From positions 1,110 through 65,109 of the forward strand of contig JAGGWG010000020.1 of the NCBI GenBank assembly GCA_021157605.1: 64,000 bases of DNA, written 5' to 3'. The notes under the pieces were generated by a model that was not told the origin of the DNA, searched no databases, and saw nothing but the letters and a program-made list of their open reading frames with translations. The stretch's first letter is position 1. The number at the start of each line of letters is the position of its first letter. A program made the position numbers and the translations under genes. The stretch is from a bacterium. GTDB taxonomy: Bacteria > Patescibacteriota > UBA1384 > JAGGWG01. Below, in pieces: positions 1 through 7,984 of this stretch.

Positions 1-302
1 AAAGAGTAGAACGAAAACCTACGCCACTAATTGCTAAACCAGAAAAAGCTCCAGTAAAAGAAAAACGAATAGAGATCGGAAACCTTGGCGGTATAAAAAT
101 AAATCTAAGAGGACAAATAGAAGAAATCCTTCCGCAAACAAAAATGTTAGTTAAAGAAGAGGAGATTATTTACAGTGGCCAAGAGATAACTCCCGGAGAA
201 AGAATCAGATTTACCTCCAAAGAAGGCAAATCCATTACTCTTGTTTATGAAGGTAAAGATTACAATGATAATGCGATCTTCCAAGTAATAGAACAATTTT
301 AA
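1..302 (+). CDS. 3' end of an upstream CDS (partial, ~99 codons, frame 3); hypothetical protein ending ...ITLVYEGKDYNDNAIFQVIEQF
   Basis: Uninterrupted reading frame from the window edge to TAA at 300-302 in AT-rich DNA; not in the supplied ORF track because it has no start in-window. No recognisable domain. Confidence 0.35.
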   Translation, partial: RVERKPTPLIAKPEKAPVKEKRIEIGNLGGIKINLRGQIEEILPQTKMLVKEEEIIYSGQEITPGERIRFTSKEGKSITLVYEGKDYNDNAIFQVIEQF

Positions 303-316
303 AATAAGTCAAAAAA

Positions 317-2398
317 ATGACCAAACCAAAAAACGAGCAAAGCCTTGAACAAGATACTGAAACCCAAATCCCTGTTATGCCTGAAGAACAAACAGCCCCA
401 ACTCCTCCTCCAACTGAACCAAGCAGTGAAGGGATAGAAGGAGAAGCTGAAACAACAAAACAGGAAAAAGAAGGAGAAGAAATAACAAAAACAGAAACAG
501 CCACAGAGATAAATAAAACTGAAGAAGAAACACAAAAAGAATTGCCAACTCTTGAGGAAGAAAAGCTGTCTGCTAAAGTAGAGGTTAAACCCGGAGCTGA
601 ACTGCCGCCATTAAAAACAGGAAAATCATATTATTATAAAGACCAATCAGGCAACCCAAGAATAATCCATATTGCTGCCAGAGATGGTGATAAACTAACA
701 GTTAGGTTTGAAAAACTCACACCTACAGATAAAGGAAATTGGCAGCTTGCTCCTGACCCAGAAGACAATCAAGAATATCAGATAGACCATGAGGATCTTG
801 CCCCAAGATTAAGAGCAAGAATCAGCCAAGCCAAGCTAGATCCAGAAACACTAGAAAGAGAGTTTGAACAAAAAGAAAAGGAATACAATATAGACAGCAA
901 AAGAAAATCTCAGCCAAGAAGTAGTTTTTCCGTCTCTCCAATCCAAACTCTTTCTGCAGCTCAACAAAAAGGAGAACAAAGAAAGCAAGAGCCAAAACCC
1001 AGGAAACAAACAAAAGAAACAAAAAAGAAAGCAGAAAAAATTTACCAAAGAACTAGTACAGGCGAAAAAACTCAAGAGTCTACACGTGAAAAACAGAGCG
1101 AATTTCCAGCAACAGAAACAAGAGAAATTGAGTTAGCTGAATCTGACCCTCTCTTAAAATGGGCACAAGAAAAATTAGGTTCCAAAGATCTCAAAGTAGA
1201 ACTGATGCCAGCCAAAGAAAAAAAAGAAAGAATAGTATTAATCTCTGGAGGCATATATAAAGACAAACACAGCGACACTTACTATATTGTACAAACTGTC
1301 TACCCTTTTCCCTTTTCAACTTCAGAGTGTATATACGACAACGAGGAAAAGAAATGGAAAATAAGAAAATCACAAATACCAGCAGGTGATTTTCTAAAAT
1401 TAATAAGAAGCGGTGATATCGAAATAATTAAACCTGACAAAGGCGAATCACCAGCTCAAAAAGTTCCAAAAAAATTAAGAGAAAATCGATATTTTGCTAA
1501 TCATTATCTTTTAGCAATTGCCCAAAGAGCAGCCAGTAAAGAGTTTAAAGGAAGCAGAAACGAAGGCGAAAAGAGAGCAAAAGAACGCCGTCAAAAAATT
1601 GTCGCTTTGAAAAATATGCTAATAAATGGTATGCGGCAAGGATTTATATGGGAAAAGATGCAAACTGGAGAAAAGTTTATTTTAGAAAAATTAACTCCGA
1701 CAAGAGTAAAGTTAAGAAATGCTGAAACAGGAGAAGAGCTTTTTCTCTCTAATCCCACATTCTTCCTTATGAATTATGACCCAGTAGAAAGAAGGCAAGA
1801 AAAGAAAACTCAAGAAACCGCACCAGAAAAAAAACAAACTGAAGAAAAAATAGAGAAACAACCGCAAGAACAGCCAGAAGAAATAGAAAACCAACCCTCA
1901 GAAGAACAACCTCAAGAACAAACAGAAGAAACAGCACAAGAACAAGCCGAAACCAAACCTTCTGACAACACTCCTGAAACATTCCAGATTACAAAACAAC
2001 TACCAACAAAGCCTTATTTTAGAGAACCTCCCTTTGAATCTAATCCTGAAGAGCCATCTTCTAACCCATACACAAATATCTTTCTGGAAAACGCTCAAAA
2101 TTATATAGGAGAACAAATTCTTCCTGAACAAGCCAGAACTCTAAAAATAGGAGAGATTATCTTTAGGGGTGAGGTTAGAGATAATACTATAAGCGGCCGT
2201 TATGCTAAAATTTCAGGCATTACAGATGAAGGAATAAGATACCGACTAATAAATTCAGACAATAATTTTGGTCCTAAAGAGCCAAAAAAACTAAGCAGGA
2301 AAAAAGAAAGAGAAATTGCTTTTTCTGAAATTGCTTCTTCTGAAGAAGAGGCAGAAAACCAGAATAAATATCTCCTTTACAGGGTAAACTTGGGATAA
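317..2398 (+). CDS. Large hypothetical protein (693 aa) with Glu/Lys/Thr/Gln-rich low-complexity N- and C-terminal regions and an internal duplicated module (EKLTPT motif twice)
   Basis: Long ORF with ATG at 317. N-terminus is P/T/E-rich (PTPPPTEPSSEG); the central segments KSYYYKDQSGNPRIIHIAARDGDKLTVRFEKLTPTDKG and GEKFILEKLTPTRVKLRNAETGEELFL repeat the exact hexapeptide EKLTPT. No family recognised by eye. Confidence 0.7.
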   Translation: MTKPKNEQSLEQDTETQIPVMPEEQTAPTPPPTEPSSEGIEGEAETTKQEKEGEEITKTETATEINKTEEETQKELPTLEEEKLSAKVEVKPGAELPPLKTGKSYYYKDQSGNPRIIHIAARDGDKLTVRFEKLTPTDKGNWQLAPDPEDNQEYQIDHEDLAPRLRARISQAKLDPETLEREFEQKEKEYNIDSKRKSQPRSSFSVSPIQTLSAAQQKGEQRKQEPKPRKQTKETKKKAEKIYQRTSTGEKTQESTREKQSEFPATETREIELAESDPLLKWAQEKLGSKDLKVELMPAKEKKERIVLISGGIYKDKHSDTYYIVQTVYPFPFSTSECIYDNEEKKWKIRKSQIPAGDFLKLIRSGDIEIIKPDKGESPAQKVPKKLRENRYFANHYLLAIAQRAASKEFKGSRNEGEKRAKERRQKIVALKNMLINGMRQGFIWEKMQTGEKFILEKLTPTRVKLRNAETGEELFLSNPTFFLMNYDPVERRQEKKTQETAPEKKQTEEKIEKQPQEQPEEIENQPSEEQPQEQTEETAQEQAETKPSDNTPETFQITKQLPTKPYFREPPFESNPEEPSSNPYTNIFLENAQNYIGEQILPEQARTLKIGEIIFRGEVRDNTISGRYAKISGITDEGIRYRLINSDNNFGPKEPKKLSRKKEREIAFSEIASSEEEAENQNKYLLYRVNLG

Positions 2399-2421
2399 TC
2401 CTTTATTTTTTATAATTTTTC

Positions 2422-2450
2422 TTGATTTTTCTCTTTTTTTATGCTAATTT
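2422..2450 (+). promoter_or_regulatory. Candidate sigma-70-type promoter (TTGATT -35, 17-nt spacer, TAATTT -10) upstream of the sigma-region-4 gene
   Basis: Hexamer spacing read by eye in the T-rich 79-bp intergenic region; a perfect TATAAT also sits at 2411-2416. Weak evidence. Confidence 0.2.
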
Positions 2451-2477
2451 TTGCTCTAATGTCAATAATTTTTTTAT

Positions 2478-3461
2478 ATGTTAGTAAAGCCTAAAAAAGA
2501 GCTGGACAAACTTTTTCAGATTCTGCCGCAACGCCCCAAAGAGCAAAGAGAAAAAGATGTTCTCTTTGCCCGTTTTGGTATTAATGGCAAAGAACAAAGC
2601 CTACAAGCAATAGGCAACCGCTACCATATTACTCGCGAAAGAGTACGGCAAATTCAGAATCAGGGGATAAAAAACCTGCACAAAGCAGCTAAAAAAATAA
2701 AAATCTACAGACAAATAGCCAAAAAAGTAGAAAAACAAGCAGGAATTCTCTCTCTTGAAACCGCTTATAAAATCTTTTTGCCCAAAAACGCTACTAAAAA
2801 AAGCAAAACATTTCTTTTTCTTTTCTTGGTAGCCAACCCCCATCTGCGTTATTTTAAAGAAACCTCTAAAAACAATCCGTTTTTTACTTTTAAAATCAGC
2901 CCTAAAAAAATTAAAAAAATCTTTCAGAGAACGCTTTCTTTATTCAAAAAAGAAAAACAAGCCTTAAAAATAAGTTTAGCAGCTAAAAAATTAAAAATAG
3001 AGACAAAGCAACTAAAGGAAGTGGCCAACATTCTTAAAGAAGTAGATATTAGAGAGGGAAAGATTGGTTTAACAAGTTTCCCAGAAATCAATCCTAAAAC
3101 AACTGAAGCTAAAATTGACTTTATTTTTAAAAAGTACCAAAAACCTCTGCATTTTAGTAAAATAGCTTATCTAATCCGCAAAGAAAAGCTTTATTCCAAA
3201 AAACCAACTGAAGCTACAGTGCATAATGAGCTCATTAGACATAGGCATAAATATACATTAATAGGCAGGGGTATATATGCTTTAAAAGAGTGGGGATATA
3301 CTGAAGGAACAGTTAAAGACATAATTGCGCAAATCATTAAAAAATCCAATCGCAAACTCAGCCGGGAAGAAGTAATTGCTGAAGTCTTAAAACAACGCCA
3401 AGTAAAAAGAAACACTATCCTTTTAAATTTAGCTGGCTTTAGAAAAGAACTCAAAGCTTAA
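2478..3461 (+). CDS. Sigma-70 region 4 (4.1+4.2 HTH) domain protein with ~240-aa Lys-rich C-terminal extension; no region 2
   Basis: REKDVLFARFGINGKEQSLQAIGNRYHITRERVRQIQNQGIKNLHK matches the sigma-70 region 4 consensus (RE.EVL..RFGL...TLEEVG..F.VTRERIRQIE..AL.KLR). It sits at the extreme N-terminus, and the remaining 240 aa are K-rich with no sigma regions 2 or 3. Confidence 0.7.
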   Translation: MLVKPKKELDKLFQILPQRPKEQREKDVLFARFGINGKEQSLQAIGNRYHITRERVRQIQNQGIKNLHKAAKKIKIYRQIAKKVEKQAGILSLETAYKIFLPKNATKKSKTFLFLFLVANPHLRYFKETSKNNPFFTFKISPKKIKKIFQRTLSLFKKEKQALKISLAAKKLKIETKQLKEVANILKEVDIREGKIGLTSFPEINPKTTEAKIDFIFKKYQKPLHFSKIAYLIRKEKLYSKKPTEATVHNELIRHRHKYTLIGRGIYALKEWGYTEGTVKDIIAQIIKKSNRKLSREEVIAEVLKQRQVKRNTILLNLAGFRKELKA

Positions 3462-3493
3462 AAACCATCTTTTTGCTTTTCTCCTCTTTGCTT

Positions 3494-3521
3494 TTGCGTA
3501 TTTTCCTGATATCTTTATAAG
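3494..3521 (+). promoter_or_regulatory. Candidate promoter (TTGCGT -35, 16-nt spacer, TATAAG -10) ending 5 nt before the ATG of the ATPase gene, which could give a leaderless or very short-leader mRNA
   Basis: Hexamers read by eye in the 64-bp gap; no Shine-Dalgarno motif between the -10 and the ATG at 3526. Confidence 0.2.
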
Positions 3522-3525
3522 AAAT

Positions 3526-6234
3526 ATGGATACAGCTTCAAGCTTTATTTTATTGTTAACTCTAACAGGAGTTTTTTTAGGATTATACTACTATCGCCAA
3601 AAGCAGAAACTAGCCTACACCAAAGAACAGTTAGATAAAGTGGAGTGGAGTCTTCTTTCTTTAGCAGTTCCCAAAGAAAATGAAAAAGGACCAGAAGCAG
3701 CTGAAAATATGTTTGCCGCTTTACACGGCATCTTTCAGGAAAACCTACCTGAAAATCTCCAATCCCAAATCAGCTTTGAAATAGTCTCTAAACCTCAAGC
3801 TATAAACTTCTATGTTGCTTGCCCTAAGTATTTAGTTGATTTTATTGAAAGCCAAGTTTATGCCCAATATCCCAGTGTAGAAATCAGAAAAGTAGAGGAT
3901 TACATCCGTTTTGCTCCACAAACGCACTTTGCCGTAGGGGAACTCGCTACTACCAAAGAAGATATTCTACCGATCAAAACCTTTCCCAACTTTGAAGTAG
4001 ATCCTTTGTCTTCACTAACTAGTATTCTCTCTAAAATCTCAGGAGACGAACAGATTTGGGTGCAGATTGTGGTACGACCCATAGCTGATGAATGGCAAAA
4101 AAAGAGCCTAAACTGGACCCAAAGCGTAAAGAATACAGGCCGCACTCCGGGATTAGCTTTAAGCACCAGCAGTGTTTTAAAAACATTAATCAATTTTCTT
4201 AAAGAACTGATACAAACAGCCAAAGGAGGCGAAACAGGTGGCGGTGAAGGAGGGGAAGTGCAAATTCCCGGCCCTTTGCAGGCAGCCATAGAAGGAGCAG
4301 AACAAAAAAGCACCAAACTGGGATATAAAACAAAAATTAGGTTAGTAGTTTTTGCTAATGACCCGCAGACAGCTCAGGGGAAACTGCAAAGTGCAGTTGG
4401 CTCTTTTAAGCAATTCAATACTCTTAATGCTAATGGTTTTGCCTTGGGTAAGGTAGTTATAGATGACCCACAGGCTTTAAATCAATACCAAAAAAGATAT
4501 TTTCTTAATGACGGTTTTATCCTTAATGTAGAAGAACTAGCTTCTCTCTTTCATTTACCCAATGTCTCTGTAGAAACTCCGAAAATAGCCTGGTCTGGAG
4601 CTAAAAAAGGCGAACCGCCAAAAAATTTGCCTATTAAAAAGAAAAAAATCAACAAAGACTTAACTATTTTTGCTGCTACTGATTTTAGAGGCTCAAAAAA
4701 AGAGTTTGGCATTTTAAGAGAAGACCGCAGACACCATATGTACTTTATTGGTAAAACCGGGGTCGGCAAATCAACGGTTTTACACAATATGGCTATTTCT
4801 GACATTCAAAAAGGGGAAGGGTTAGCGGTTATTGATCCCCACGGTGAATTAGTAGAATCTCTGCTAGATTTTATCCCTAAAGAAAGAATAAAAGATGTTG
4901 TTTATTTTAATCCTGCTGATCAAGACTATCCTATTGCCTTTAATCTTTTAGAAAATGTAAAACCTGAATTAAAAACCATTGTTGCTTCTGGACTAGTAGG
5001 GATATTTAAGAAAATTTGGGCTGAATCTTGGGGACCGAGATTAGAGTATATACTCAGAAACGATATTTTAGCTCTTTTAGACTATCCTGATGCCACCCTT
5101 TTGGGAGTAACCAGAATTTTAGTAGATAAAGATTTTCGCCAAGAGGTAATAAAACACATCAAAGACCCGGTAATAAAAGAATTTTGGATATCTGAGTTTG
5201 AACAATACGACCAACGTTTCCGCACTGAAGCTATTGCTCCCATACAAAATAAAGTAGGTCAATTCTTGGCTTCACCCTTAATCCGCAATATTGTGGGGCA
5301 AAAAAGATCAACTTTGGATATAGGCGAAATCATGAACTCACGAAAAATACTTTTAATAAACCTATCCAAGGGCAAAATAGGGGAAGATGCCTCTGGCCTT
5401 TTGGGGGCAATGTTAATTACTAAGATTCAGATTGCCGCTTTAGAACGGGCTTCTATTAAACCGGAAAAAAGAAAAGATTTCTATCTCTACGTAGATGAAT
5501 TCCAAAACTTTGCTACTGAGGCTTTTGCCACTATCCTTTCTGAGGCAAGAAAGTACCGCCTAAACCTCATTATGGCTAACCAGTATATTGCTCAAATGGA
5601 AGAGCAGGTAAGAGATTCTGTTTTTGGCAATGTCGGAACCTTGATATCTTTTAGAGTAGGGCCATCAGATGCTCCTTACTTAGCCAAAGAGTTTATGCCC
5701 ACTTTTGAAGAAACAGATCTTATAAATTTGGATAAATTCCATATCTACCTAAAGATGTCTATTAAAGGCATTACTTCGCCGCCTTTCTCAGCTGAAACTT
5801 TGCCTCCTTTTGACGGCAAAGAGGGACTGGCAAAAGAAGTAATTGAACACAGCCGCAAAATCTATGCCCAACCTTTAGTCAAAGTAAAAAAAGAAATAGA
5901 AGATCAAGCACAAAGCAAAATCATTGAGGCTTTTGAGGATTTGGTAAAACCCAAAAAAATAAAAGTAGGGGATAAAACCTTTCTTGTACGCAAAGGCACA
6001 ACTGGCCATTACTGGTATTTTCCTTTAAACAATTCAAAAAGGGAAAAGCCAAATAAAAAGAAAGACAACCCCACAACTCAAAAAGAATCTTCGCCAGAAC
6101 CAAAAAAGAAAAAAAGAGTTCTTAAAAAACTGATTCAAGAAGCACTAAAAGAAAAAGAAGAACCTAAAAAAGAATCAAAAGACAATCTTAATAATAGCAC
6201 ACTAAAAAAAGAAAAAGGGGAGATAGAGCTTTAA
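3526..6234 (+). CDS. Membrane-anchored P-loop NTPase, type IV secretion coupling-protein-like (VirD4/TraG/TraD family, FtsK-HerA superfamily), 902 aa
   Basis: N-terminal single TM (SSFILLLTLTGVFLGLYYY followed by RQKQK, so N-out/C-in). Walker A YFIGKTGVGKST is followed by a VIDPHGEL motif (compare the DPKGE motif of T4CPs), and the Walker B region is LYVDEFQNF. About 370 aa of unassigned domain with a Gly-rich linker (GGETGGGEGGE) separate the TM from the P-loop, and the C-terminus is a K/E-rich tail. Family assignment is by motif only. Confidence 0.55.
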   Translation: MDTASSFILLLTLTGVFLGLYYYRQKQKLAYTKEQLDKVEWSLLSLAVPKENEKGPEAAENMFAALHGIFQENLPENLQSQISFEIVSKPQAINFYVACPKYLVDFIESQVYAQYPSVEIRKVEDYIRFAPQTHFAVGELATTKEDILPIKTFPNFEVDPLSSLTSILSKISGDEQIWVQIVVRPIADEWQKKSLNWTQSVKNTGRTPGLALSTSSVLKTLINFLKELIQTAKGGETGGGEGGEVQIPGPLQAAIEGAEQKSTKLGYKTKIRLVVFANDPQTAQGKLQSAVGSFKQFNTLNANGFALGKVVIDDPQALNQYQKRYFLNDGFILNVEELASLFHLPNVSVETPKIAWSGAKKGEPPKNLPIKKKKINKDLTIFAATDFRGSKKEFGILREDRRHHMYFIGKTGVGKSTVLHNMAISDIQKGEGLAVIDPHGELVESLLDFIPKERIKDVVYFNPADQDYPIAFNLLENVKPELKTIVASGLVGIFKKIWAESWGPRLEYILRNDILALLDYPDATLLGVTRILVDKDFRQEVIKHIKDPVIKEFWISEFEQYDQRFRTEAIAPIQNKVGQFLASPLIRNIVGQKRSTLDIGEIMNSRKILLINLSKGKIGEDASGLLGAMLITKIQIAALERASIKPEKRKDFYLYVDEFQNFATEAFATILSEARKYRLNLIMANQYIAQMEEQVRDSVFGNVGTLISFRVGPSDAPYLAKEFMPTFEETDLINLDKFHIYLKMSIKGITSPPFSAETLPPFDGKEGLAKEVIEHSRKIYAQPLVKVKKEIEDQAQSKIIEAFEDLVKPKKIKVGDKTFLVRKGTTGHYWYFPLNNSKREKPNKKKDNPTTQKESSPEPKKKKRVLKKLIQEALKEKEEPKKESKDNLNNSTLKKEKGEIEL

Positions 6235-6264
6235 TTTTACTCTGAACAAAATTCAGCAGCCTCT

Positions 6265-6290
6265 TAATATTGTGCGACGCAAATAAAACT
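6265..6290. repeat. TTGTGCGAC motif copy A (near-palindromic core TGCGACGCA) at the start of the long noncoding tract
   Basis: ttgtgcgac at 6270-6278. The reverse complement of its core tcgcacaat recurs at 6890-6898 and a direct variant ttatgcgac at 6904-6912, about 610 bp away. Confidence 0.4.
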
Positions 6291-6561
6291 AAACCAAAAT
6301 CGTGGATTTGTCTAAAATACTGCAATCCCTAAATTTTAAATTTCGGCTATTAATTAAACATTAGAAAACAAAAAACTAAAAGCAAAAGAGGGAAGACTAA
6401 CACAAAAACTAAAAATTAAAGCTCAAACAAAAAATTTTTAAAAAATAATTAATTTAAAACTTCAAAAAGCCAAAAACAAACAAAGAACAAGAAAATGAAT
6501 TAAAAATTAGGTCTATACTTGCCAAACAGCCAGTCAAGACCTAGTTAGGAATATATAAAAA

Positions 6562-6603
6562 AGCCAAAAACAGGCTTATAAGGGCAGTTTTGGCTGTTTT
6601 TTA
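6562..6603 (+). terminator. Candidate intrinsic terminator (imperfect hairpin gccaaaaac...gttttggc followed by TTTTTT) about 330 bp downstream of the ATPase gene
   Basis: Stem plus U-run read from the sequence. It is preceded by a second hairpin (taggtct...agaccta at ~6507-6540), which could mark the end of a long 3'UTR or an independent small RNA. Confidence 0.35.
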
Positions 6604-6880
6604 TATTTTACCTCAAATAAGGCAAAAATAAAGCATTTATTTTTGTTTTTTAGAGCCATAAAAAACAAAGGGCATAAAAAAGGTTATAAAAACGAAAAAG
6701 AAAACAAGAGTTTAAAAATAAAACAGCAAAAAATATTTTAAGCACTAAAATCACAATAAAACAAAAAAGAGAAAGGGCATTATTATAAAAAAGTGCTAAA
6801 AGAAAAATATTTTTAAAAATAAAAACAAAAAAACTTAAAAAAGCAAAAAGAGTAGAAGGAAAGGAGGGAGGTTTGTTATT

Positions 6881-6922
6881 GGTATATCTTCGCACAATGT
6901 ATCTTATGCGACATAATATACC
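6881..6922. repeat. 42-nt element bounded by a 7-bp inverted repeat (GGTATAT...ATATACC) that encloses two TGCGA half-sites in inverted orientation (tcgcacaat / ttatgcgac)
   Basis: Read directly from the sequence. It lies just downstream of the strongest purine-rich SD-like sequence in the window (aggaaaggagggagg, 6857-6871). Confidence 0.4.
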
Positions 6923-7084
6923 TTAGGGATAAGAACTGGCAAAGGCCTAATTTCAAAAAATAAAAAAGAAAATTAAAAAACAACAAAATTGTTTAAGAAT
7001 ATTTCCAGAATATTGAACCTTTTGCTTTGATCAAAAACAACCAAAAAACAATTTTTTCTACCCCCTCTCCCCTATTCAAAAACT

Positions 7085-7984
7085 TTAGACCACCTTTTTC
7101 TTCTTTCTTTGCAAAAGATCCACTAAAAGAGGGGTGGCTAAAAATATAGAGGAATATGTGCCAATACCTACTCCGATTGCCAAAGCCAAAGAAAAGTTTT
7201 TAATACTCTCCCCTCCTAAGAGGTATAAAGACAAAAGAACCAAAATAGTAGTAAAAGCAGTTCCCACTGAACGAGCCAATGTCTGCCAAATAGATAAGTC
7301 AGCCAAATCAGCTAATGCCCCCTCCTCTTTGATAAGATTTTCTCTGACACGGTCAAAAACAACAATGGTATCATTTACAGAATAGCCAATAGTAGTCAAA
7401 AGAGCGGTAATAAAGTAAGAATCAATAACTATTTTTGGACTAAAATGGCCCAAAAAAGAAAAACTGCCCAAAACAATCAGAGCATCATGAATTAAAGCAA
7501 TAACTGCCACTATACCAAAAAACCAACTGGAATACCCCTCAGGCACACTGCGAAAAGCATAAGCTACATATAAAATAATAGCTATAGAAGCCAGAACAAC
7601 CCCTAATAATGCCTTGCGCTGTAAATCCTTACTGACTGAAGGGCCAACACTCTCATAAGAAAGTTCCTTAAAATCAGCTACTTTTCTTAAAGCTTCTTTG
7701 AGCTTGCAATAATCATTCTCCTCTAAGTTTTGGGTGCGGATAAAATACTCTTTTTCTGAAGGTTGGATTTGAAAATAATCAAAACCAGCCTGTTTTAGTT
7801 GGGCGGCTACTCTGTCTTTAGTCACTTCTTTTTCAAACCTAATTTTTAATACACTACCTCCGGCAAAATCTATACCAAGATTAAAACGCCAGAAAACAAC
7901 TAAAAGAATGGAAACCAAAACAAGCAATAAAGAAAAAAGGTAAAACACTTTTCTGAATTTTATAAAACTAAAAGGTAATTTCAT
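7085..7984 (-). CDS. secF: Protein translocase subunit SecF
   Basis: GIDFAGGSVL motif and multi-TM SecD/F architecture; 4-bp overlap with the upstream secD. Confidence 0.85.
   Translation of the reverse strand: MKLPFSFIKFRKVFYLFSLLLVLVSILLVVFWRFNLGIDFAGGSVLKIRFEKEVTKDRVAAQLKQAGFDYFQIQPSEKEYFIRTQNLEENDYCKLKEALRKVADFKELSYESVGPSVSKDLQRKALLGVVLASIAIILYVAYAFRSVPEGYSSWFFGIVAVIALIHDALIVLGSFSFLGHFSPKIVIDSYFITALLTTIGYSVNDTIVVFDRVRENLIKEEGALADLADLSIWQTLARSVGTAFTTILVLLSLYLLGGESIKNFSLALAIGVGIGTYSSIFLATPLLVDLLQRKKKKVV

Noticed and set aside
235-2000. Cluster of short antisense or out-of-frame ORFs (235-504, 299-535, 822-1022, 851-1075, 1072-1278, 1191-1373, 1712-1894, 1767-1982) overlapping the 693-aa gene
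   Set aside because: All are Phe/Leu/Cys-rich translations of the antisense strand of a purine-rich low-complexity coding region; none has a motif or is independently supported.
3900-6103. Antisense ORFs inside the ATPase gene (3900-4316, 4551-4805, 5921-6103)
   Set aside because: Shadow ORFs fully contained in a well-supported CDS on the opposite strand.
6650-6895. 81-aa minus-strand ORF in the long noncoding tract
   Set aside because: It is the translation of poly-A/T runs (FFFL-type low complexity) with no start context; treated as a noncoding artefact.
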